Below, piece by piece: positions 45,501 to 58,930 of a DNA stretch of 64,000 nt. Location: NCBI GenBank assembly GCA_002269645.1, contig NIVC01000158.1, positions 372,001-436,000 of the forward strand. The letters are read 5' to 3'. The DNA comes from Macrostomum lignano. Lineage: Eukaryota. The first letter of the stretch is position 1. Each line of letters begins with the position of its first letter. The position numbers and the translations under genes were made by a program. Under the pieces are notes generated by a model. It saw only the letters and a program-made list of their open reading frames with translations, ran no database searches and was not told where the DNA came from.

Positions 45501-48500
45501 ACTTGCGGTACGCGGGCGGGCATCTGCGTGTAGGCAAGAGAGCTCGGGGTGTTTCGGCGTGTCAGTTTTCTTCTCGCCCTGATTTCAGCGGCGGCTGCTG
45601 TAAGACAGAAAGCGACGGTAAGGCAGGGATGCGGGGTACACAGAGGCTGAACGCTCGCTTCTCTATCTGCAGCCGCTTCTCCGCCTCAGTTTGCCGGTTT
45701 TGCTATTAACAGATTTCTAGTCTTGCTTTCGCATAGCTCTCCCCATTGCTTGCATGGGGGAAATGTTTTATACATTGCTTTGCTACTTAAATTTTGCTAC
45801 TGCGATAGTCTGTTTTGGGAAAGAGAGCTCTCTGCTCCGCTCTGCGCCATCTCTGTCTGTCCGTCTGCCTGTCTAATCTACTTGTCTCTGTGCCTGATCT
45901 ACCTGTCTGTGTTCCTGATCTACCTGTCTGTGTTCCTGATCTACCTGTCTGTGTGCCTGATCTACCTGTCTGTGTGCTTGATCTACCTGTCTGTGTTCCT
46001 GATCTACCTGTCTGTGTGCCTGATCTACCTGTCTGTGCCTGATCTACCTGTCTGTGTGCCTGATCTACCTGTCTGTGTTCCTGATCTACCTGTCTCTGTG
46101 CCTGATCTACCTGTCTGTGTTCCTGATCTACCTGTCTGTGCCTGATCTACCTGTCTGTGTGCCTGATCTACCTGTCTGTGTGCCTGATCTACCTGTCTGT
46201 GTTCCTGATCTACCTGTCTGTGTGCCTGATCTACCTGTCTGTGTGCCTGATCTACCTGTCTGTGTTCCTGATCTACCTGTCTGTGTGCCTGATCTACCTG
46301 TCTGTGCCTGATCTACCTGTCTGTGTTCCTGATCTACCTGTCTGTGTGCCTGATCTACCTGTCTGTGCGCCTGATCTACCGGTCTGTGTGCCTGATCTAC
46401 CTGTCTGTGTTCCTGATCTACCTGTCTGTGTGCCTGATCTACCTGTCTGTGTGCCTGATCTACCTGTCTGTGTTCCTGATCTACCTGTCTCTGTGCCTGA
46501 TCTACCTGTCTGTGCGCCTGATCTACCGGTCTGTGTGCCTGATCTACGTGTCTGTGTGCCTGATCTACCTGTCTGTGTTCCTGATCTACCTGTCTGTGCG
46601 CCTGATCTACCGGTCTGTGTGCCTGATCTACCTGTCTGTGTGCCTGATCTACCTGTCTGTGTTCCTGATCTACCTGTCTGTGCGCCTGATCTACCGGTCT
46701 GTGTGCCTGATCTACCTGTCTGTGTTCCTGATCTACCTGTTTGTGTGCCTGATCTACCTGTCTGTGTTCCTGATCTACCTGTCTGTGTGCCTGATCTACC
46801 TGTCTGTGTTCCTGATCTACCTGTCTGTGCGCCTGATCTACCGGTCTGTGTGCCTGATCTACCTGTCTGTGTGCCTGATCTACCTGTCTGTGTTCCTGAT
46901 CTACCTGTCTGCGCCTGATCTACCGGTCTGTGTGCCTGATCTACCTGTCTGTGTTCCTGATCTACCTGTTTGTGTGCCTGATCTACCTGTCTGTGTTCCT
47001 GATCTACCTGTCTGTGTGCCTGATCTACCTGTCTGTGTGCCTGATCTACCTGTCTGTGTGCCTGATCTACCTGCCTGTATCTCTCATTTCGGCCCGTAAC
47101 AGTGACTTCAAAGGATTATATGGGAATGCCTTATCTGACGTAAATGTCGGGGATCAGCTCAAAATAATACGCCTACGAGCAGCGAGAAGTTTAGTTTTAG
47201 TTTTTTTATTTAAAATAAAGTTACAACCAAGATTTCTAATATTAACACGAACAGAGAGGCAGATTTTTCTGCCGAACTAATGAGCACGAGATATCCGCGT
47301 GGCTCTCTAGAGAACAGTTAAAGTCATAAATTAGTTGGCCTTATTGTCAAATTTGTACTTTTATTTACATATATAGACTCTCGGTCTGTTGCCGGCAGGA
47401 GATGGCCAAGTAATTATCGTGCAGTGGATAGCAGTTCCTCATTTTTGTCAGTTTTCTCTCTATGTACAGGTTTTATAATCCCGTGACAGAAAGAAGATGT
47501 TTTGCTGATGGAGATCGATGGAAAGTTTAGCAGGGAGTTGGCCTAACTAGGCAATGCATATATACAGGCTATGAGACGCTGTGCGCCTCTTTCCCAACCG
47601 GTTGCTTCTCCCAACTACAATCGTCTCCTAGCATTAGCATTGGGAAGGTTAGGAATTAATAAGCGCACTATTTTTCTATGCCGCCAATGACTTTTCCTAA
47701 TGATTTTTATTGATTATATAATGTAGCACTTGTATAAGCAACTGGAATTGGGCGCTAGTCTGAGTCTGTCCTATTTTAATTTCTCGTCTACCGATCCCAG
47801 GTCCTCTACTAATCAATAAAATATTTCACATTAACTTTGCACTCTCGTGCCATCTCTTGTCTTACTCTACCCTCTCCCGTGTTCCTCTACCCTCTCCCGT
47901 GTTCCTCTACCCTCTCCCGTGTTCCTCTACCCTCTCCCGTGTTCGTCTACCCTCTCCCGTGTTCCTCTACCCTCTCCCGTGTTCGTCTACCCTCTCCCGT
48001 GTTGCTTTACCCTCTCCCGTGTTCCTTTACCCTCTCCCGTGTTCCTCTACCCTCTCCCGTGTTGCTTTACCCTCTCCCGTGTTCCTCTACCCTCTCCCGT
48101 GTTCCTCTACCCTCTCCCGTGTTCCTCTACCCTCTCCCGTGTTCCTCTACCCTTTCCCGTGTTCCTCTACCCTCTCCGTGTTCCTCTACCCTCTCCCGTG
48201 CTCCTCTACCCTCTCCCGTGTTCCTCTACCCTCTACTGCTTTCCTGTACCCTCCTGCCTTTTTTACCCTCTACCGTTTTCATTTGCCCTCTCCTGCCTTC
48301 CACTCTACTCTCTACACTGAACTGTCACACCAAACCGTCACACCTACAGGCACAGGCGATTACACTTATTATACTACTATGGGCGACTGCGAGCTGGTAT
48401 TCCACGTGTCCACCATGCTGCCCTATTCAAATACTAACCGGCAGCAGCTGCTGCGCAAGAAGCACATCGGTAACGATATCGTTACTATAGTGTTCCAGGA

Positions 48501-48815
48501 GCCGGGGGCTCTGGCGTTCTCTCCTAGAACGATTCGCAGCCAGTTCCAGCACGTGTTCATTGTGGTCCGGGCGCACAACCCCTGCACTAAGAAGCTCTAC
48601 TATTCGGTGGCCGTATCCCGCTCGGAGGAGATGCCGGCGTTTGGGCCGCCGTTCTCAGCTGGGCACCAGTTCGCCAGGGAGCCAGCGTTCAGGGAGTTCC
48701 TCCTGCGCAAGATCATCAACGGGGAAAACGCCGCGTTCAGGTGACTTGGAGTCGGGAACTAAGACAGACAGACAGAGGAGTACAGAGACAGACAGACAGA
48801 CAGACAGAGGAGTAC

Positions 48816-48850
<35 letters not shown>

Positions 48851-48863
48851 GGCAGACAGACAT

Positions 48864-48902
<39 letters not shown>

Positions 48903-51900
48903 GGCAGGCAGGCAGACAGACAGACACAGACAGACAGACAGGCAGACAGACAGATAGACAGGCAGACAGACAGACAGACAGACAGACAGACAGGCAGACA
49001 GACAGACAGGCAGGCAGGCAGGCAGACAGGCAGACAGACAGACACAGACAGACAGACAGGCAGGCAGGCAGACAGACAGACAGACAGACAGGCAGGCAGA
49101 CAGACAGACACACAGACAGAGAGACACTGAACAGACAAAGCAACACACTGCCAAGGTAATCACAAAACTTGCAGACCAACAAACAGACTAATACATAGGC
49201 TACTGACCAGTGCCAGTGGGCTTGACGCCATCCACCCCTCCCCTGACATGCCTCAGGTCAGAGAAGTTCTGCCAGATGCAGAAACGCACCCGTGAGGACC
49301 GGCTCAAGGAGCTGGCTGAGTCGCATTCCGCCGCCGCCACTATCGACATAAAATCGACGCGCTCTCTGCTCGGCAGCGGCCGGCGTCGCAGTTCCAAGTC
49401 GCTGACTGCAAGCAACGACGCCGTCAACCGACTGGTTGTTGAACTCAATGAAGCTCTGAGATTTGAAGTCACCCTGACCGAGCCTAACAATAGAGAGATG
49501 CGCTGCGACCTGCTTATTGGCCGCACTTACCTGGCCCTGCAGTACGGACAGCAGGTGAGGATTATGTTTTGTTTATAATTGACCGTTGGTTTATATTTTC
49601 TTTAAAAGTATTTACCCGATGAGAATCTCATTCTTAATGCTAATCGTCCCATCACTAAAGAGAATCTCCCCATCACCAGTAAGAATCGCCCCATTAACAA
49701 TGAGAATCGCCCCATTAACAATGAGAATCACCCCATCACCAATGAGAATCTCCCCATCACCAATGAGAATCTCCCCATCACCAGTAAGAATCGCCCCATT
49801 AACAATGAGAATCGCCCCATCACCAACGAGAATCTCCCCATCGCCAGTAAGAATCGCCCCATCATCAATGAGAATCGCCCCATCACCAATGAGAATCTCC
49901 CCATCACCAATGAGAATCGCCCATCACCAGTGAGAATCTCCCCCATCACCAATGAGAATCTCCCCCATCACCAATGAGAATCTCCCCCATCACCAATGAG
50001 AATCTCCCCCATCACCAATGAGAATCGCCCCATCACCAATGAGAATCTCCCCATCACCAGTAAGAATCGCCCCATCACCAACAAGAATCGCCCCATTAAC
50101 AATGAGAATCACCCGCATCACCAATGAGAATCTCCCCCATCACCAATGAGAACCGCCCCATCACCAATGAGAATCTCCCCCATCACCAATGAGAATCTCC
50201 CCCATCACCAATGAGAATCTCCCCATCACCAATGAGAACCGCCCCATCACCAATGAGAATCTCCCCATCACCAGTAAGAATCGCCCCATCACCAACAAGA
50301 ATCGCCCCATTAACAATGAGAATCACCCGCATCACCAATGAGAATCTCCCCCATCACCAATGAGAACCGCCCCATCACCAATGAGAATCTCCCCCATCAC
50401 CAATGAGAATCGCCCCATCACCAATGAGAATCTCCCCATCATCAATGAGAATCTCCCCCATCACCAATGAGAATCTCCCCATCACCAATGAGAATCTCCC
50501 CCATCACCAATGAGAATCTCCCCATCACCAATGAGAATCTCCCCCATCACCAATGAGAATCTCCCCCATCATCAATGAGAATCTCCCCCATCACCAATGA
50601 GAATCTCCCCATCACCAATGAGAATCTCCCCCATCACCAATGAGAATCTCCCCATCACCAATGAGAATCGCCCCATTAACAATGAGAACCGCCCTATTCC
50701 GAATCGCCCTTTAGCCCAACTCTGTTCCCAAAGCCAGCAGTTGCTATACCCGGCCAATTGGCCAATTCTCCAGGTGCTGCTATCGATCCCGACCGGCTGC
50801 ATGCTGTCGTGGCGCACAGGCCAGGCGGGAGAGCTCACTGTGTATTACAATCGCGGCGAGCTGCTCCGCATGCGCTGCTCAACCGAAACCGCCTGCCAGT
50901 TGGCGGCCCGCCGCCTGGCCTGGCTTGGCGAACAGGAAACCCCCGGCGCTTGCCAGGCCATCGAAGTCACGGTGCACCGCGTCACGGCCTACGAGGCCAG
51001 CCTGAGCTTCGGCGTACAAGCCGACGCTTTCTACGTTCGCTCTGTGGACTCGGCCGCCCTGCCGGACGTGGCTAAAAACTCTCGTTTAGTAGAATTGTGC
51101 GGCGTGCCGATCTGCGCCATGCCGGAGGCGCGCGTATTCAACCTGCTGCAGACCGAGGCCCAGCTGGCACTCGTGCTGGTGCCGCCAACTTCAAAAGGCG
51201 CCGTCCGTTGTTCGCAGGAGTTGCGCGATATTTTCCTGACTAATCGAGCGCACGCTCTGTTCTGCCCAGCCGGGGCTGCCGGCAGCGGACAGGGCAGCCC
51301 GGAGGTCGGCCCGGACCATGGCGACTGTCGCTTCCTGGATGCGTCTCTGCTGCGCAGCGGAGAAGCCGCGGTTTCCGGGTGAGAAATTCTTTTCTTTTCC
51401 ACTCAGGCAGATTCAATCCTCATTTGCCCTGTGGATATTTTCCCTTTGTTCATTCATCCGCCAACCCGATGGTGTAACCGGGTTCCCCTGCTGTTTGTGC
51501 CATGAGCAGCCTCGGGTTCCCCTGCTGTTTGTGCCATGAGCAGCCTCGGGTTCCCCTGCTGTTTGTGCCATGAGCAGCCTCGGGTTCCCCTGCTGTTTGT
51601 GCCATGAGCAGCCTCGGGTTCCCCTGCTGTTTGTGCCATGAGCAGCCTCGGGTTCCCCTGCTGTTTGTGCCATGAGCAGCCTCGGGTTCCCCTGCTGTTT
51701 GTGCCATGAGCAGCCTCGGGTTCCCCTGCTGTTTGTGCCATGAGCAGCCTCGGGTTCCCCTGCTGTTTGTGCCATGAGCAGCCTCGGGTTCCCCTGCTGT
51801 TTGTGCCTTGAGCAGCCTCGGGTTCCCCTGCTGTTTGTGCCTTGAGCAGCCTCGGGTTCCCCTGCTGTTTGTGCCATGAGCAGCCTCGGGTTCCCCTGCT

Positions 51901-53884
51901 GTTTGTGCCATGAGCAGCCTCGGGTTCCCCTGCTGTTTGTGCCTTGAGCAGCCTCGGGTTCCCCTGCTGTTTGTGCCTTGAGCAGCCTCGGGTTCCCCTG
52001 CTGTTTGTGCCTTGAGCAGCCTCGGGTTCCCCTGCTGTTTGTGCCTTGAGCAGCCTCGGGTTTGTCCCCGTTTTTATCTAATAATAAGATTCCGAATAAT
52101 GAATATCCTCTTTTTTGTATGACATTGATCTGTAAGGCATTGAGGCTTTCTCGGTGCAGGATGCATCGGTGCTATGCCTAGGCTATTGTATCTGTTTAAC
52201 AGAGCATGCAGGCAGGTGCATCCTGCCAGTTGAAAACTCGTTTTGCATGACAGAACAGGGATCTGCATCTGCCTACGTGTTTTGGTTGAATGGCATTTCT
52301 TAATTGCTGTCCATGATTTTTGCAGGGCAGCTCAAATTCTATCTTGGAACTTCCAGTGTCACTTTTTTTTATTAGAGGCAGGGGGGTTGTGTGCACCCTG
52401 GCGCACTTTAAGCGACATTGGCACACAACCGGCGAGAGGCATTGCTGCCCATTCCGCCGACTCCCCTGAGCAGGCATACAAGCGCGCGGATACGTACGCA
52501 GGCACACACTCACACAGGAGTGTACAGCGGCCCTAACTTTATATTATCGTTAGGCATGTACACTTCACTGCGCCTTGGGGGATTGGCTCTCAAGACCGTT
52601 AATTGCACGAGCAGAGCCAAGCCGAGATTCCAATTCAGCCCCAAATTAATGTGACTGCACTTGGAATCGAGCCTGGGTCGCTGGCACACCAGAGCCTGCG
52701 CTAGACCGCTGGGCTACGCCCCCCCCCGCTTCCAGTGTCACTACTTTTAGTAGCAGTGTTTGCGACAAAAGCAGATGTTTTTTTGCGAGCTGTTTTCCTT
52801 GCTTCATAAAGGTCTAATAAAAAACAGAGTTATCTCCCAGACTCCGGCCCTTCATCTGCCGGGACCTCATCCTCCCAGACTGGTTCTTCATCTGCCGGCT
52901 CCTCATTCTCCCAGACTGGTTCTTCATCTGCCGGCTCCTCATCCTCCCAGACTCCGGACCTTCATCTGGCTAGCACCTCATCCTCCCAGCCTCCGGCCCT
53001 TCATCTGGCTAGCACCTTCTCCTCCCAGACTTCGACCCTTCATCTGGCTAGCACCTTCTCCTCCCAGACTCCGGCCCTTCATCTGGCTAGCACCTCATCC
53101 TCCCAGCCTCCGGCCCTTCATCTGGCTAGCACCTTCTCCTCCCAGACTTCGACCCTTCATCTGGCTAGCACCTCATCCTCCTAGCCTCCGGCCCTTCATC
53201 TGGCTAGCACCTTCTCCTCCCAGACTTCGACCCTTCATCTGGCTAGCACCTCATCCTCCCAGCCTCCGGCCCTTCATCTGGCTAGCACCTTCTCCTTCCA
53301 GACTTCGACCCTTCATCTGGCTAGCACCTCATCCTCCCAGCCTCCGGCCCTTCATCTGGCTAGCACCTTCTCCTCCCAGACTTCGACCCTTCATCTGGCC
53401 GGCACCTCATCCTCCCAGCCTCCAATTCTTCTGCATCTCATTTAGTCGCCTATCTCACTGCAGCGGCTCTCCTATTCGAGCGCCGCCTACTCAGCAACAG
53501 CCGCATCAAGCGGCCAACACGCAGGAGAAGCTGAAGCGCCTCATCAACAATGAGATTAGCGAAGATCAGTTGCGTCGCGAAGACGACTGGAGCCAGCTGG
53601 TCCGCAGCGCCAACCAGTTCGCCGCGGCCGCCGCCAACTCAACCACTTCCTCTTCTAGCGGTCGCGGGACAGCGCAGAAGCAGCAGCCACGGTGCGGCCG
53701 CTGCCAGCAGCTCGAGGAGCAGCTCCGCGCCAGCGAGGCGGAGCGTCAGGCGCTGAAGCGTCGGCTAGTTGAATCGGCCGACGAGATTGAACGACTTCGG
53801 GCCCAAACAATGGAGGCTAAACAGGGCCTGATTCAGTTTACTGAGAAATTCTTCACTAGCATGGACACTCAGACTACATTGTGA
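39347..53884 (+). CDS. SIPA1L: SIPA1-like Rap GTPase-activating protein (RapGAP, PDZ, C-terminal coiled coil); exons ~39347-39821, ~41856/41880-43191, 45052-45150, 48350-48740, 49257-49554, 50774-51378, 53464-53884
   Basis: [64 protein letters not shown] (Asn thumb), [15 protein letters not shown], terminal FTEKFF. The start codon and the exon 2 acceptor are uncertain. Confidence 0.93.
39915..40645. repeat. About 120-bp tandem repeat (3 full units plus a partial one), interrupted by a MITE
   Basis: GCCTGCGCGTGAAAAGTGGTTTAG..GGGTTGGGGTAACTC repeated. Confidence 0.85.
40106..40495. mobile_element. hAT-type MITE (390 bp)
   Basis: About 140-bp imperfect TIRs starting (T/C)ATGGATGAAGGAATAGAAAG; 8-bp TSD GGTAACTC. 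Confidence 0.85.
41290..41780. repeat. About 21-bp minisatellite AGATGGATATATACATACAGA
   Basis: Tandem array in SIPA1L intron 1. Confidence 0.92.
43269..45044 (+). mobile_element. SINE family 1 copy (head 43269-43370, tail 44816-45044) split by an 18-bp satellite
   Basis: tRNA-like head with A/B boxes, TGTGTCCTTGAGCAA, tail GTGTGGCGACCCCCC..AACAGCCGTACGC shared with the 28-kb copy, TCAAT-rich end. Confidence 0.8.
43397..44815. repeat. 18-bp minisatellite GGGG(G/T)TTG(C/T)AG(C/T)CTAGTA, about 75-80 units
   Basis: Tandem array whose unit resembles the SINE 5' end. Confidence 0.95.
45880..47075. repeat. 21-bp minisatellite TGCCTGATCTACCTGTCTGTG
   Basis: Tandem array. Confidence 0.95.
47865..48235. 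repeat. 20-bp minisatellite TCTACCCTCTCCCGTGTTCC
   Basis: Tandem array. Confidence 0.95.
48762..49135. repeat. (GACA/GGCA)n microsatellite
   Basis: Direct reading. Confidence 0.95.
49620..50700. repeat. 21-22-bp minisatellite CACCAATGAGAATCTCCCCAT
   Basis: Tandem array. Confidence 0.95.
51480..52062. repeat. 34-bp minisatellite GGGTTCCCCTGCTGTTTGTGCCATGAGCAGCCTC
   Basis: Near-perfect tandem array. Confidence 0.95.
52364..52728 (-). mobile_element. SINE family 2, full length
   Basis: Reverse complement of the 37766 copy; poly(A) tail; 13-14-bp TSD CTTCCAGTGTCAC(T). Confidence 0.9.
52835..53420. repeat. 39-bp minisatellite CCTCCCAGACTCCGGCCCTTCATCTGGCTAGCACCTCAT and variants
   Basis: Tandem array ending about 40 bp before the last SIPA1L acceptor. 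Confidence 0.92.
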
Positions 53885-54419
53885 CCGTTGGATAGTTGTG
53901 CGTGATCCCAGTCTATTTCGATTGTCGATCTGCCCTGTTCTTCGGTTTCAACTTGTCTGATTTAGTGTGCTACATAACAGATACTAAAATCCCTAAGTTT
54001 TCCTAAGGTTTGCAATTCACAGCCATAAGGGCTAACCCCCCCCCCCCCCGGTTGCATCTGTAGTGCACGTCTCCTCGGTTAGGCAAATAGCAATGCAACA
54101 ATTACAGCAGACCAACAGGTGTTTCTAAAGAGTTGCTAGCTGAGTTTGGAGCCCCATCCAGACTAGAAGCTGCCCCACTGCATTTCTGCAGGCATGCGGA
54201 AAATTTTTTGGTTAAATTCTTGCGTTTAACTCTTGTTTGAATCCGATGAACCGGTTCTTGGTAGTTAACTCTTCTCACGGCACCAGTCCAAGTGTGTTTT
54301 CAGTGGTCCATGCTGCGCATGCTAAAATGCAAGTTCTTTTTGTTGTACTACTGTATTGTGCGTCACTGCTTTCACAATCTGTACTTTCATTGTGCTAATC
54401 TTGTCGCTCTACTTATCCT

Positions 54420-54935
54420 CTACCCACTACTAACCACCTCCCGCTCTACTACCCTCTACCCGCTCTACTATCCACCACCCGCTCTACTACCCTCCACCCG
54501 CTCTACTATCCACCACCCGCTCTACTACCCATCACCCGCTCTACTATCCACCTCCCGCTCTACTATCCACCACCCGCTCTACTACCCACCACCCGCTCTA
54601 CTATCCACCTCCCGCTCTACTATCCACCACCCGCTCTACTATCCACCACCCGCTCTACTATCCACCTCCCGCTCTACTATCCAACACCCGCTCTACTATC
54701 CACCACCCGCTCTACTATCCACCACCCGCTCTACTATCCACCTCCCGCTCTACTATCCACCACCCGCTCTACTACCCACCACCCGCTCTACTATCCACCT
54801 CCCGCTCTACTACCCACCACCCGCTCTACTATCCACCTCCCGCTCTACTATCCACCACCCGCTCTACTATCCACCACCCGCTCTACTATCCACCACTCGC
54901 TCTACTACCCTCCACCCACTCTACTATACACCACC
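54420..54935. repeat. 19-bp minisatellite ACCCGCTCTACTATCCACC
   Basis: Tandem array. Confidence 0.92.
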
Positions 54936-55479
54936 CTCCATACATCTCTCCACCTGCTGGCATTCCGGTCTAAAGCTGTGTTCATAGTTTTTTGTCTGTC
55001 TGAATTCTTGTCGCTTATAAAATTAATGCCATTATATCAAATGTATGTGCATATAGGTTTTTATATTTAATAATCTGGATTAATCTCATAGTGCGTACTA
55101 TTTAACTGTTAATTCTTCATTTGCTGCTATGTCTAAGTATTGTTTTTTTTTCCACACGAATATGTTTCCCTTGTTGGCTTTTGTCAAGGTGTAATCTCAG
55201 AGCGCGTCTCAGTCCTGCTTGTTTGCTAACTTAAATGTGTTTTTTGTTTTGTCAATTTTTATTAACGTTTTGCTTGGCAAATTTACGCTTGTAATTAGTG
55301 CGCTTATTGTGTATTGTGTACAGTAGTTTAGCTGACTTCTGTCTTGTCTGCCTGCTGATCTGCACTAATCTCTCATCCCTGCATCTCTTTTCTTCTCGCT
55401 GCATTTCTCTTCTCTTCATACAATTCCTCTCCGTACACCTCTCTTCCTCTATGCTTTTTTCTTTGTTTGTCTCCCCTCC

Positions 55480-56000
55480 CTACACCTCTCTCCTCCCTAA
55501 TCTCTCCCCTCCCTACATCTCCTCTCCCTACATCTCTCTCCTCCCAAAATCTCTCCCCTTCCTACATCTCTCCCCTTCCCACATCTGTCCCCTTCCCACA
55601 TATCTCCCCTTCCTACATCTCTCCCCTCCCTACATCTCCCCTCCCTACACCCCCTCCCTACATCTCTCCCCTCCCTACATCTATCCCCTCCCTAAATCTC
55701 CCCTCCCTACATCTATCCCCTTCCTACATCTCCCCTCCCTACATCTCTCCCCTCCCTACATCTCTCCCCTCCCTACACCTCTTCCCTCCCTACATCTCTC
55801 CTCCCTACATCTCTCCTCCCTACATTTCTCCCCTTGCTGCATCTCTCCCCTTGCTACATCTCTCCCCTTGCTACATCTCTCCCTCAAGTCCCCTTCCTAA
55901 ATCTCTCATCCCAACATCTCTTGCATCTCTCCCCTTCCTGCATATCTCCCCTCCCTACAATATCTCCTCTTCCTGCATTTCCCCTCAGCTACATCTCTCT
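55480..56000. repeat. Degenerate pyrimidine-rich ~17-bp repeat (CTACATCTCTCCCCTCC)
   Basis: Direct reading. Confidence 0.85.
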
Positions 56001-56699
56001 CCTGTCCCTTCATCTCTCTTTTCCCTACCTCCTCTTCCTATATCTCTCCTCCCTTCATCTCTACATTTCTCTTCTCCTTTCATCTCGTCCTTCCTTGCAT
56101 CTCTTCTCCCAACCTACATCTCTAGCTCCCTGCATCTATATCCGCCTATTTGTCTTCAATTTGCGCTCAATCGGCATATCATAATTATTTATAATCATAA
56201 TCCTATCAATCATTCCCCAGAGTCTCCTTCGCGCTGTGCTTAACTAGCTAGTTCCGTGTCCGTATTGTGCCCTAAATTTGTCTCCATATAAAGTGTTTTA
56301 GCCTGCTTAGAATCTGACCTGCATTGAGCGTTCGAAATTAATTTAATTCTTGGTTTGTTTACTCAAAGTTAGTCGGTGTAATGCACTACTCATGAATTGG
56401 CGCGTCTGTAGTATGAGAGCGCTTGAAAATAAAATACTCCACCACCTGCTCAGAGTATAGGCAGTCCTGATTTGCACCTGGCTGTAAGGTACACAGTACA
56501 ATTAATTGGTATCGATACATTGATTTTAATTATTGTTTTTGTCAAGTTAAGTCTATTAAAGTACACTTGAGCGGAGGCGTTTAAATATTAAATAGTTTTG
56601 CTTACTGACTGATAGACATTTTGAGACTATCGTGTTACTATAATTACTTCAGTGTGTTTCAAAATTGCATTGTTCTGGGGTATTAACAGTTATTAAATC

Positions 56700-56735
56700 C
56701 GTCTGTCTGTCTGTCTGTCTGTCTGTGTCTATTTA

Positions 56736-56768
<33 letters not shown>

Positions 56769-56777
56769 GTCTATTTA

Positions 56778-56820
<43 letters not shown>

Positions 56821-57023
56821 ATGTCTATTTATCTGTCTGTCTGTCTGTGTCTATTTATGTCTGTCTGTCTGTCTATGTCTATTTATCTGTCTGTCTGTCT
56901 GTGTCTATTTATGTCTGTCTGTCTGTCTGTGTCTATTTATCTGTCTGTCTGTCTGTCTATGTCTATTTATCTGTCTGTCTGTCTGTGTCTATTTATGTCT
57001 GTCTGTCTGTCTGTGTCTATTTA

Positions 57024-57064
<41 letters not shown>

Positions 57065-57110
57065 GTCTATTTATCTGTCTGTCTGTCTGTCTGTCTGTTT
57101 CTCTATCTAT
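56700..57110. repeat. Compound (GTCT)n microsatellite
   Basis: Direct reading. Confidence 0.92.
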
Positions 57111-57554
57111 CCATCTATTTTTGCTTGCACCTACTTCAGTATCTCTCCCTTCTATCTCACTAGTGGATCGCAGTGCTCACAGAGGGTTCTATCACAGCAA
57201 GTAAGGCTGTCCTTGATACTGAGCAATGATATCCAAAAGCTAGATTGGCGTTGTACCGTCACTGCATGCAATGGGGCCAGAACTGAAGCATTGTGCTGCT
57301 CATCTTGCAAACAGATGTCAAAGCCAAGTGTTGCTGCTTACAGCTTTGCAGCAATAAATTGGCAAAAAGTTTCCCACTGTAAAGCAAACAAGTCATTAGC
57401 GAAATTTCTATAATCGGGACTTCTCGTCAGGTTCGCATTTCATTTTTATCTTTGATTGTCTTTGCTTTTTTACTATGCAAAACTTCAACCTCTGTTCAGC
57501 TGTTTCAGTTGATTCGCTTGTCACTATTTGCAATTTTTCTTGAATTTACACTAT

Positions 57555-58808
57555 CACCTGAGCTCTCATCCTTCTTTTGAGCTCTCACTATCACCTGAGT
57601 TCTCACTCTCTGCCGAGCTCTCACTATCGAATGAGTTCTCACTCTCTCCCGAGCTCTCACTATCACCTGAGTTCTCACTCTCTCCCGAGCTCTCACTATC
57701 ATCTGAGTTCTCACTCTCTCCCGAGCTCTCACTATCGAATGAGTTCTCACTCTCTCCCGAGCTCTCACTATCATCTGAGTTCTCACTCTCTCCCGAGCTC
57801 TCACTATCACCTGAGTTCTCACTCTCTCCCGAGCTCTCACTATCGAATGAGTTCTCACTCTCTCCCGAGCTCTCACTATCATCTGAGTTCTCACTCTCTC
57901 CCGAGCTCTCACTATCACCTGAGTTCTCACTCTCTCCCGAGCTCTCACTATCGAATGAGTTCTCACTCTCTCCCGAGCTCTCACTATCATCTGAGTTCTC
58001 ACTCTCTCCCGAGCTCTCACTATCACCTGAGTTCTCACTCTCTCCCGAGCTCTCACTATCGAATGAGTTCTCACTCTCTCCCGAGCTCTCACTATCATCT
58101 GAGTTCTCACTCTCTCCCGAGCTCTCACTATCACCTGAGTTCTCACTCTCTCCCGAGCTCTCACTATCATCTGAGTTCTCACTCTCTCCCGAGCTCTCAC
58201 TATCATCTGAGTTCTCACTCTCTCCCGAGCTCTCACTATCATCTGAGTTCTCACTCTCTCCCGAGCTCTCACTATCACCTGAGTTCTCACTCTCTCCCGA
58301 GCTCTCACTATCATCTGAGTTCTCACTCTTTCCCGAGCTCTCACTATCGAATGAGTTCTCACTCTCTCCCGAGCTCTCACTATCATCTGAGTTCTCACTC
58401 TCTCCCGAGCTCTCACTATCATCTGAGTTCTCACTCTTTCCCGAGCTCTCACTATCGAATGAGTTCTCACTCTCTCCCGAGCTCTCACTATCATCTGAGT
58501 TCTCACTCTCTCCCGAGCTCTCACTATCACCTGAGTTCTCACTCTCTCCCGAGCTCTCACTATCATCTGAGTTCTCACTCTCTCCCGAGCTCTCACTATC
58601 ATCTGAGTTCTCACTCTCTCCCGAGCTCTCACTATCATCTGAGTTCTCACTCTCTCCCGAGCTCTCACTATCATCTGAGTTCTCACTCTTTCCCGAGCTC
58701 TCACTATCATCTGAGTTCTCACTCTCTCCCGAGCTCTCACTATCATCTGAGTTCTCACTCTCTCCCGAGCTCTCACTATCATCTGAGTTCTCACTCTCTC
58801 CCGAGCTG
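57555..58808. repeat. 36-bp minisatellite (a diverged 18-bp dimer) GAGCTCTCACTATCATCTGAGTTCTCACTCTCTCCC
   Basis: Tandem array. Confidence 0.95.
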
Positions 58809-58887
58809 CATTCAATCCTCCTGAGTTGAGAATGGCTACCAATAGCATTGCTGAGCTCCATCTATATAATTTTCTAGAATGCAAATT

Positions 58888-58930
58888 CCTTTTGCCAAGC
58901 CGGCAGTAAACTGGCTCTTTGCAGGTTTTC
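58888..58930 (-). CDS. Candidate downstream exon of the neuropeptide precursor, encoding (R)K-TCKEPVYCRL-G-KR
   Basis: CAG acceptor at 58933-58931 is phase-compatible with the donor at 61704 and creates dibasic sites around a Cys-bridged, Gly-extended peptide. The exon's 3' end is unresolved. Confidence 0.45.
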
